A stretch of DNA of 55,336 nt from Elusimicrobiota bacterium (GTDB lineage Bacteria; Elusimicrobiota; Elusimicrobia; UBA1565): positions 1-55,336 of the forward strand of contig JBDREN010000230.1 in assembly GCA_043819795.1 (NCBI GenBank), in the 5' to 3' direction. The notes under the pieces were generated by a model that had not been told where the DNA came from, searched no databases, and saw nothing but the letters and a program-made list of their open reading frames with translations. A program made the position numbers and the translations under genes. Every line of letters starts with the position of its first letter. The first letter of the stretch is position 1. This document shows, piece after piece, positions 26,379-34,148 of the stretch.

Positions 26379-26751
26379 GTTGGGGATCGGCTCCCGTAGC
26401 GCAATCCGTCACTGGGCCTCATTTTCGCGACGAGTCATCGCATGGAAGGCTCTGGTCGGCCGAAATCCTCCGTCGAAAACCATGATTTTGATGAATGATG
26501 GCCCCGGTCCCGGTCCTGATTGCGGCGCTATGTTTTCCAACCGGTAGAGTTTCTTGAGGCTCTGGAGCCTGTGCGGGGCCCCGGCTTCTCGGGCGAGGCG
26601 GATCCAGCCCGAAGGCCGCCTCCGCGCGGCTTACTCGCCGGAGCAAGGCATCCGCGAGAAGCTGAAGAATCGCTCCCTGGCGCTATCGCGAGAAGAAGGT
26701 TATCCTTAACGGCGGTTCGGACTGCTGGAGCCGGAGGAGGCGCGGGACGCT

Positions 26752-27801
26752 ATGAGAAAAGGCTCGAAGAGGGTGCGGACCAAGATCATCGCGACGATGG
26801 GGCCTTCGACCGACAGCGCGACCGAGCTTCGCAAGATGATCCTGGCGGGTCTCGACGTGGTGCGGCTCAATTTCTCGCACGGTACGTGGCAGGAGCACGA
26901 AAATAAGGTCGCCCTGGTGCGCGCGCTCAACTCACGGATGCGCAGGGCCGTCGGGATCATGCAGGACCTGGAAGGGTTCCGGATGCGCGTCGGGAAGCTC
27001 AAGAAGCCGCTGCCGCTCAAGAAGAGACAGGTGTTGTATCTCACGCAGGACGAGATCGTCGGGCAGGCCCGGCGCGTCCATTTCGACTATACGGGCAGCC
27101 TAAAGAGCTTCAAGAAGGGGGTGGTCGTCTACATCGACGACGGGAAGCTGATGCTGCGGGTACGAGAGGTGGGCAAGCGCTGCCTGAAGACCGAGGTCAT
27201 GAACGGCGGGGTCCTGAAGACGAGGAAAGGCATCAACATCCCGGACGTCGACCTGGCGTTCCCGGCGCTCACCGAAAAAGACGAGCGCGACGTGGAGTTC
27301 ACGAACGCCCACGGGCTCGACTACGTCGCGCCCTCCTTCGTCCGCGGCGCGCGCGACGTGCGGGTATTGAGGCGCCATATCCTGGCCCGGCGTCCGAAGT
27401 GCCGGATATTCTCGAAGATCGAGAGCCGGGAGGCTCTCAAGAACATCGACGCCATCATCGCCGAGTCCGACGGGATCATCGTCGCCCGCGGAGACCTGGG
27501 GATCTGCGTCCCCATCCATCAGGTCCCGGTGATCCAGAAAGAGCTCATCAAGAGGTGCAGGAAAGCGCGCAAGCTCTCGGTGGTGGCCACCCAGATGCTC
27601 GACAGCATGACCCAGGAGCTCCTGCCCACGCGGGCGGAGGTCACGGACGTCGCCAACGCCATCATCGACGGGGCCGATTACGTGCTCCTTTCGGCGGAGA
27701 CGGCCGTGGGGAGCCACCCCGCCCGGGTGATCGACATGATGAACAAGATCATCAAATACACCGAAAGATATCAGAAGGGGAGGCTCTCCGTGCTCGGATA
27801 G
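26752..27801 (+). CDS. pyk: Pyruvate kinase, short form lacking the C-terminal regulatory domain
   Basis: RTKIIATMGP, VVRLNFSHG, KGINIP, SFVR, KIES, VARGDLG, ATQMLDSM, PTRAEVTDVANA and LSAETAVG motifs. 349 aa. Confidence 0.93.
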   Translation: MRKGSKRVRTKIIATMGPSTDSATELRKMILAGLDVVRLNFSHGTWQEHENKVALVRALNSRMRRAVGIMQDLEGFRMRVGKLKKPLPLKKRQVLYLTQDEIVGQARRVHFDYTGSLKSFKKGVVVYIDDGKLMLRVREVGKRCLKTEVMNGGVLKTRKGINIPDVDLAFPALTEKDERDVEFTNAHGLDYVAPSFVRGARDVRVLRRHILARRPKCRIFSKIESREALKNIDAIIAESDGIIVARGDLGICVPIHQVPVIQKELIKRCRKARKLSVVATQMLDSMTQELLPTRAEVTDVANAIIDGADYVLLSAETAVGSHPARVIDMMNKIIKYTERYQKGRLSVLG

Positions 27802-27814
27802 GAGGCGCGTCTCG

Positions 27815-28408
27815 ATGACCGAATCAACCGCTCCCGTCGTCGTCCACACGAGCTGGCGCTATATCGAGGCCGCGCAGCTGCGCTCGGAGCTGCGCGGGGC
27901 CGGCATCCCCTGCGAGATGCTCGGCACCCATCATTCCTCCATGATACCGGGCGGGGGCGGCCCGGCTCTCGCGATCCGGCTGATTGTGCCGCCCAGCAAG
28001 GCGGAGGAAGCCTGGGAGTACATCAGGAACAGGGGGCGGGTCCAGGTCGTGGGACCGGCCGAGCCCTCGCAGGAGACTCTGTGGCCGTGTCCCAACTGCG
28101 GGGTGGCGTTCCTGCCGGGAGGCGAGCGCTGCGGGCACTGCGGCTTTCACTACGTGCTGGCCGATCCGCAGAAGCCCCGGGTGAGGGTCCTGGAGCTGCA
28201 CCCGGACGCCCAGAGCTACTGTCCCGCCTGCCGGGAGCTTTCGGTCGTCCCGGAGGGGCGCTGCAAGGCCTGCGACGGGGACTTCCTCGAGCTGGTGAGG
28301 GAAGACGACCTGCTCTGCGGCAACAGGCGTCACCTCGTCGACCGGCAAAAGGCCGAGCAGGGGTTCCTCGCCTGCGTCCCGTGCGAGACGGTCTGGGTCC
28401 TTCCTTAG
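27815..28408 (+). CDS. DUF2007-like N-terminal domain plus multiple CxxC zinc-ribbon motifs
   Basis: GGAGG RBS. EAAQLRSELRGAGIPC...IVPPSKAEEA, then CPNC, CGHC, CPAC, CKAC and CVPC. Confidence 0.75.
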   Translation: MTESTAPVVVHTSWRYIEAAQLRSELRGAGIPCEMLGTHHSSMIPGGGGPALAIRLIVPPSKAEEAWEYIRNRGRVQVVGPAEPSQETLWPCPNCGVAFLPGGERCGHCGFHYVLADPQKPRVRVLELHPDAQSYCPACRELSVVPEGRCKACDGDFLELVREDDLLCGNRRHLVDRQKAEQGFLACVPCETVWVLP

Positions 28409-28617
28409 GAGGCGTTCTTCTCCTTGTGCCGGCGGATACCCTCTTGGATCCTGTCCAGCTGGGAATGGGGGGCGATCCGGCCGCAGCGGCCCTTGCCCTC
28501 ATCAGGTTCGCACAGGCGATAGCACTGCGGCGCCAGGTTCTTGGTGAGCGGGCACCCTCGATATGTATATTTTGGAAGCTTTTTTCGTTTCCGTCTCTTC
28601 CGGAGCACTTTGGGCAT
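28405..28617 (-). CDS. Small basic Cys/His-containing hypothetical protein
   Basis: AAGGAG RBS. Lys/Arg-rich N-terminus, then GCPLT...CYRLC...CGRIAPH. Confidence 0.7.
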   Translation of the reverse strand: MPKVLRKRRKRKKLPKYTYRGCPLTKNLAPQCYRLCEPDEGKGRCGRIAPHSQLDRIQEGIRRHKEKNAS

Positions 28618-28736
28618 AGCTGTCTCCTTTCAGTCTCGCGGCATAGATGAGTGAGGCCCCGTCCGGAAACGTTACAGAGCCGGCGGGAGGGGTAGGGGGG
28701 GTCTCCGCTGAGCGGTCTGGGGGAGGTTGCGGGGGC

Positions 28737-31700
28737 CTATTTCACGGCCTTGCGGAGCCTGCCGACGAGGACCTTGAAGACTCCCTGGGCGATCTCCGTC
28801 CTCTCGGACAGGATGTCGTAGAAGACCTCCTGGTCTATCTTGAGCATCAGCACGCCGTCGACCGCCGTGGCGGAGGCGGAGCGGGACTCGTTGTCGAGGA
28901 TGGCCATCTCCCCGATGCACTCCTTCTTGCCCAAAGTCGCGATCTCTTTTCCGCCGGCCGTGTGCACCTTGACCTCTCCGTCCACCACGACGTAGAGGGA
29001 ATCCCCGGGATCCCCCTCCTTGAAGATGGGGGCCCCCGCCTCGAACTCGACCTCGGCGGCGATGGCGGCCAATTTGGCCAGGTCCTCGCCCGGAACTTGG
29101 GAGAAAAGATCCACGGCCTTGAGGAAGACGACTCTCTCCACGGTGGACAGCATGATAGACCTCTCGTGTTTCGGATCGGAATCTCTCGCGGCCGCCGCGC
29201 CGTACCCCCTAAGGTCAAGGCGCGTGAGGCACGCCGCCGCCTCCCGCTTGACCATGGGGTCGCGGTCCTCCGCGAAGCCTTCCGCCCGGGGGGCCAGCTC
29301 CTTCATGCCGCGCGCCCCCGCGGCGTACAGGGCCAACGAGACGAGCCAGGGATCGCGCGAGTCGAGGAGCTCGGACAGGCCCCGCATCCGGGTGAAAGCG
29401 GGCACGGAGTAGAACTCCCTGCCCAGGGCCGCGCGCTCGGCCACGGACCGCTTCTCCAGCAGGGGGAAGAGGGCCTCCTTGACCCCCGTCTCCAGCATGT
29501 TGTCCATCAGCTCCAGGGCGTTGTCGAGCTGGCGGGTAACGCCGCTCCGGATGTTCCGCTGGATCGTCGCCACGGTCCCATGATCATAGGCCAGCGCGAG
29601 GAGGGTGAAGACGCGATCCACGTGCCGGCGCATCCTCTCCTCGAGCAGGTCGCCGACCGCTCCGGGGCTATGGTCCTCGCGCATCGCGGCCAGGATGGAG
29701 CACGTCCGGTAGCAGCTCTTGAGCTCCCGCGACACCAGCCCCTTGACCGCCAGCGCGTTGAACCGGAGGTGGGGGAACCGCGAGCGCATGCACGCCAGCG
29801 AACCCAGGACCCGGTCCAGCAGGGCGCCGGAGCCGGCGTCGGCCTGCCGGAACAGGAGATCCACGCCCTCCTGGGAGTCCATCCTCTCGACGACGCGCGG
29901 TATGGCGAGCCTGAGCTCGGCGGTCTCGTTGGGGTCCTCCAGGCGCTTGGACAGGCGCGGCAACACGCGCTCCCCGAGACTCACCAGGGCCGCCGCGGCC
30001 TCGGCGCGCACGGCCCGGTCCCGCAGCCTGCCGATCAAGACGTCGCTCAGCTTGGGGTTTTGGAGCTGGCCCAAGGCTTTGACCGCCTCGACGCGGACCC
30101 GCGCGTCCGCGTCCGTCAGCAGGCCCAAGAGCGACTTGGAGAAATGCCCCACGCGGAGCTCGCCGAGCACGCGGGCTCCCGCCTCTCTCACGCGGGGGTC
30201 GCCGTCGGCGATCATGGCCTTGAGCACCTCGGCCGCCGCGATCACGCCGTCGAGCCCGCCGTACCGGACCGACGCCGCCACGGCGGCGGCGCGCAGCCGG
30301 GGCTCGTCGGCGCGCAGCAGCGGCTGCAGGGTCTCGAGCACGTCCTCGTCGGTGTGCGAGGCCCACGCCTTGACGGCCGCCACCCGGACCTCGACCTCCG
30401 GATCCCGAAGAAGGGCGCTCAGCGATTCCTTGAAGCTCTCGGCCAGGAGGGCGCCGTATCTTTCCAGGCAGGTCCTCCTCACGCGGGGGGAGGGATGCTC
30501 GACGAGCCCGGAAAGCTGGGCCTTCATGTCGTAGCCCGGCACGTCGGAGAGCATCTCGAGGGCGTGGACCACGTCCTCGTGGTTCGCGCTCTTCAGGCGG
30601 GACTCGAGCAGCTTGATGGTCTCGCCGTTGGCCAGGTCCAGGCCCGAGCGCACGAGGTCGAGCCGCCGCCTCTTCATGGACGAGGAGAGCGCGGCCACGT
30701 ACTCCTTGCGCAGGACCAGCATCAGCCCCATCCAGACCGCGATCAATCCCGTGCTCACCAGGCTCATCCGCGAGACCGGCAGCAGCGAGGAGAGCAGCAG
30801 GAGCAGCAGGCCCCCCAGCCCCATGGCGATGGGCCTGGCCACGCCGCTCACGAACGCCTTGGCCTTGTCGGCCGCCTGGGCGTCCATGGGCTGGTAGAGC
30901 AGCTGGAAGGCCGGGTAGTGGATGGACTGGCAGGTGACGCTGTCGACGAACTTGGTGCAGGTCGAGGCCCAGATCCCGGGGCGCAGCAGGATGGAGAGCG
31001 AGCCGCCCAGCAGGCCGCAGGGGAGCGCGGACAAGGCGAAGAGCATGCCCAGCTTCTCGAGGAGCCTGCTCACGACGAAGAACTGCATGAGCATGGCGGC
31101 GAGGTTGGTGAACACGTAGAAGGTCCCGAAATAGGCGGCGAGCTGCGGGCCGTCGTAGGTCATCTTCGCGATGACTTTGAACTGGTAGTCCACGATGGTC
31201 ATCACGATCATGCCGGCGGCCATGCCCACGCCCAGGAGCAGCGTGTAGCCCGACCAGCTCTTGCCGCCCTGCTCCGCCGGAGCGGAGGAGGCTTTGGCCC
31301 GCGACAGCCTCTCGGCGGACTCGGCCAGCTCGGCCGAGCAGGTCCGCGCCAGCGCGCGCGCCACGATCAGGCTCGCCGCGAGACCCGCCACGGCCAGATA
31401 CAGGAGGTTCTCCGTCCCGAGGCGCGCGACAAACGCGCGGACGGTCATGCCCGAGGACATGTACCCGATCATGGCGCCCCCGCTGACCAGGCCGAAGAGC
31501 CTTTTTGCCTGCCGCACGGTGAAGAGGTCGCCCGCCAGCGCCCACATGAGTATGAGCATGATGGCGTAAACGACCTCCACCCATACTGGGAAGATGAGGT
31601 AGAACCAATGCCATTGTGTGGCGAAGATGGCCCGGGAGAGCAGCAGGCTTCCGATCATGATGAGGGTGACGACGGTGATCATCCTGAGGCGGCTGAACGA

Positions 31701-31934
31701 AGGGCCGACCTTCATGTAGAGATAGGTGACCAGGCTCACCAGCACCGCGGCGCCGACGTAGATCAGGGGCAGCTTGCCGATGTCGAACTTGGTCAGGAAG
31801 AGGGTATCGCCCGCCGTCCGGGTGAAAAGCAGGCCGAAGGAGACCGCGGCGAAGTAAAGGCAGGTGAGCGCGGTCTTCCCGATCTCTTCGGGGCGGATCT
31901 TGAAGATCTTCTCGAGGACCTGGGATTTCGGCAT
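28737..31934 (-). CDS. NTT/TLC-family (ADP/ATP-carrier-like MFS) transporter fused to HEAT repeats and a cNMP-binding domain
   Basis: IRPEE N-terminus, ~12 TM segments with QAKRLFGLV.GG and IVDYQFK, HEAT repeats (D.D..VR..A..ALG), C-terminal IFKEGD.GD.LY...GEMAILD..RSASA. ATG 31934 preferred over GTG 32018. Confidence 0.88.
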   Translation of the reverse strand: MPKSQVLEKIFKIRPEEIGKTALTCLYFAAVSFGLLFTRTAGDTLFLTKFDIGKLPLIYVGAAVLVSLVTYLYMKVGPSFSRLRMITVVTLIMIGSLLLSRAIFATQWHWFYLIFPVWVEVVYAIMLILMWALAGDLFTVRQAKRLFGLVSGGAMIGYMSSGMTVRAFVARLGTENLLYLAVAGLAASLIVARALARTCSAELAESAERLSRAKASSAPAEQGGKSWSGYTLLLGVGMAAGMIVMTIVDYQFKVIAKMTYDGPQLAAYFGTFYVFTNLAAMLMQFFVVSRLLEKLGMLFALSALPCGLLGGSLSILLRPGIWASTCTKFVDSVTCQSIHYPAFQLLYQPMDAQAADKAKAFVSGVARPIAMGLGGLLLLLLSSLLPVSRMSLVSTGLIAVWMGLMLVLRKEYVAALSSSMKRRRLDLVRSGLDLANGETIKLLESRLKSANHEDVVHALEMLSDVPGYDMKAQLSGLVEHPSPRVRRTCLERYGALLAESFKESLSALLRDPEVEVRVAAVKAWASHTDEDVLETLQPLLRADEPRLRAAAVAASVRYGGLDGVIAAAEVLKAMIADGDPRVREAGARVLGELRVGHFSKSLLGLLTDADARVRVEAVKALGQLQNPKLSDVLIGRLRDRAVRAEAAAALVSLGERVLPRLSKRLEDPNETAELRLAIPRVVERMDSQEGVDLLFRQADAGSGALLDRVLGSLACMRSRFPHLRFNALAVKGLVSRELKSCYRTCSILAAMREDHSPGAVGDLLEERMRRHVDRVFTLLALAYDHGTVATIQRNIRSGVTRQLDNALELMDNMLETGVKEALFPLLEKRSVAERAALGREFYSVPAFTRMRGLSELLDSRDPWLVSLALYAAGARGMKELAPRAEGFAEDRDPMVKREAAACLTRLDLRGYGAAAARDSDPKHERSIMLSTVERVVFLKAVDLFSQVPGEDLAKLAAIAAEVEFEAGAPIFKEGDPGDSLYVVVDGEVKVHTAGGKEIATLGKKECIGEMAILDNESRSASATAVDGVLMLKIDQEVFYDILSERTEIAQGVFKVLVGRLRKAVK

Positions 31935-32013
31935 GGGGTTTGCGGATACCGTAGGGAATATTATCAATAAAGCAACGGGTTGGCCATTTCCGGACTCGCC
32001 GGAGGCATCTCCT

Positions 32014-32175
32014 ATCACCGTATCGCGCCGTTAGCGGTGGTGCGAGCGGCTTGCCCCTGAGCGGGCGCTCCGGGCTGACACGAGAATTACATGATTATTT
32101 TATAAGCGCTATTTTTATATCTTTGTCAGGGGTTTGTCCGTGACATGTCGGCGGTTTAGTGTTATATATTCCATG
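32014..32175 (+). promoter_or_regulatory. Promoter/operator motif copy 2, with a GC-rich upstream hairpin block
   Basis: CTGAC 32075-79, 45 bp, GTCAG 32125-29. TTGTCA/TTGTCC/ATGTCG at 32123, 32134, 32145. TATATT at 32165. Homologous to 33937-34098. Confidence 0.75.
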
Positions 32176-32257
32176 ACCGTAGGATTGCGAGGGAACCGCG
32201 GATTTCGCCATGCGGCCGTACGGAGCAGCAAGACCTGGAGCCATGGAGGGAGCGAGC

Positions 32258-33814
32258 ATGAAGAAGATCACCGTATTCTTGTGCGCGATGCTGTGCTTGT
32301 CGGCGAAGGTGTTCGCCGACGCGCCGCCGTTTCAGCAGATAACGGATAACGGCAGCAACGATGTGTCGGCCTCGCTGTACGCTGGGACGATCGCTTGGGA
32401 GCAGGACAGGAAGATCTATTATTGGGACGGATCCGAGACCATCCTCGTCCCGGGGCAGGATAAGTACAATAGACGGCCCTCTCTCTACGCCGGCCAGATC
32501 TGCTGGCGGTCCGACCAGGTGTCGCAGCTGAACACGCCGGACCTCAGCTTCTGGGACGGCAACACGACGATACGGATGGGCAAGGCGTACGAGACTCAGT
32601 GCTCGATGCACAGCGGCAGTATCGCCTATACGGCGGGGATCGGCTATACCTCTTACGAGATCTATTACTGGAACGGGACCTCCGTCCAGACCATCCCGGA
32701 CCCGTCGCCGAAGGAGAACGATACGGCGGTGGACCTGTACGTCTACGCGGATGGACGCTACGAGATCGCCTGGATCCGCGATCTTCTTCCGTCGGATCAT
32801 CTCGGCGTCGTTATGTACTACGACAGCGCCGTGGGCGTTCCCCAGGAGATAACGACCGTCCAGGAGAGCGATCACGGCACGAACGTCCACAACGGCACCG
32901 TCATGTGGAACCTGCACGACGGGAACGATTACGAGATCATGTATTGGGACGGGAACTCGATAATCCAGGTGACGGACAACGAGGTCGATGACAGCTATCC
33001 GTCGCTGCATGACGGCATGATCGCTTGGCAGCACTGGGACGGGAACGACTGGGAGGTCAGGTATTGGGACGGGGAGTCCATCCATCAGCTCACGGACAAC
33101 GACGTTTCCGACACGGATGTCTCCCTTTATGATGGCACGATAGCCTGGTCCCAGCATGACGGCAACGACTTCGAGATCATGTACTGGGACGGCACGCCCA
33201 TCGCGCCCGACCAGGACGCGGACGGCATCCCCGACGCCGAGGACAACTGCCCCGCCGCGCCCAACGCGGGCCAGGAGGACGCGGACGGCGACGGCCTGGG
33301 CGACGCGTGCGACAACTGTCCGATCACCATGAACCCCGGCCAGGTGGACGCGGACGGCGACGGCGTCGGCGACGCCTGCGACAACTGCCCCGCGGCGCCT
33401 AATCCGGGCCAGGAGAACGCCGACGGCGACGGTTCTGGCGATGCCTGCGACGAGTGTCCGGCCGACCTGAACAAGATCGAACCCGGCGCGTGCGGCTGCG
33501 GGGTGATCGACGACGCGGACGGCGACGGCTACAACGTCTGCGAGGACGACTGCGACGACGCGAGCGCGGGCATCAACCCCGGCGCCGACGAGGTATGCTA
33601 CGACGGGCTGGACAACGACTGCAGCGGGATGATCGACAACGGCTGCGCCAAGGGCAAGGGCCCCGACGGCAACGGCCCGCCCGGCCCCGACGGCAACGGG
33701 CCTCCGGGCCTCGAGAGGGCGCCGGGCCCCGACGGCGAGGGCCCGCCGGGGCTCGACATCCAGAACCCGGGCCGGACCGGCGACGCGCCGCCGGGGCAGT
33801 CCAAGAAAGGCTGA
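32258..33814 (+). CDS. Secreted protein: YWDG beta-propeller-like repeats, thrombospondin type-3 repeats, MopE-like metal-binding motif, Gly/Pro tail
   Basis: GGAGG RBS and signal peptide [20 protein letters not shown]. Repeats ITDN..D.D.SLY.G.IAW...DG.D.EI.YWDG, then DNCP...N.GQ.D.DGDG.GDACD, DCDD....INPGA.EVC.DGLDNDC, and GPDGNGPP repeats. Confidence 0.85.
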   Translation: MKKITVFLCAMLCLSAKVFADAPPFQQITDNGSNDVSASLYAGTIAWEQDRKIYYWDGSETILVPGQDKYNRRPSLYAGQICWRSDQVSQLNTPDLSFWDGNTTIRMGKAYETQCSMHSGSIAYTAGIGYTSYEIYYWNGTSVQTIPDPSPKENDTAVDLYVYADGRYEIAWIRDLLPSDHLGVVMYYDSAVGVPQEITTVQESDHGTNVHNGTVMWNLHDGNDYEIMYWDGNSIIQVTDNEVDDSYPSLHDGMIAWQHWDGNDWEVRYWDGESIHQLTDNDVSDTDVSLYDGTIAWSQHDGNDFEIMYWDGTPIAPDQDADGIPDAEDNCPAAPNAGQEDADGDGLGDACDNCPITMNPGQVDADGDGVGDACDNCPAAPNPGQENADGDGSGDACDECPADLNKIEPGACGCGVIDDADGDGYNVCEDDCDDASAGINPGADEVCYDGLDNDCSGMIDNGCAKGKGPDGNGPPGPDGNGPPGLERAPGPDGEGPPGLDIQNPGRTGDAPPGQSKKG

Positions 33815-33835
33815 ACGGCGAGACGCTTGACGAAA

Positions 33836-33867
33836 GAAGAGACCCCGGGCGACCGGGGTCTCTTTCT
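33836..33867 (+). terminator. Intrinsic terminator
   Basis: AGAGACCCCGG-GCGA-CCGGGGTCTCT hairpin followed by TTCT, ~20 bp after the stop. Confidence 0.75.
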
Positions 33868-33936
33868 GGCCGGTCGCTTTCTCGTGATGGGCTCGCCAAC
33901 TTCCAGACGGCTCTTGGCGTAGCAGCACATTTCCCA

Positions 33937-34098
33937 ATCACCGTATCGCGCCGTTAGCTGTGGCGCGAACGGGTTGCCCCTGAGCGGACGTTCCAGGCTG
34001 ACCAATAAATAAAACACTTATTTAATAATGACTATTATCGCATCTTTGTCAGGGGTCTGTCCGTGACATGTCGGTGGTTCCGTGTTATATAGTCCATA
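33937..34098 (+). promoter_or_regulatory. Promoter/operator motif copy 3
   Basis: CTGAC 33998-34002, 45 bp, GTCAG 34048-52. TTGTCA/CTGTCC/ATGTCG at 34046, 34057, 34068. TATAGT at 34088. Confidence 0.75.
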
Positions 34099-34148
34099 GA
34101 CCCCACGGAACGCGGGGGTTAGCACGGATTGATGCGGAGGGAAAGCCG

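Noticed and set aside
28647..31970. 1107-aa plus-strand ORF
   Set aside because: Antisense to the well-supported NTT-HEAT-cNMP gene.
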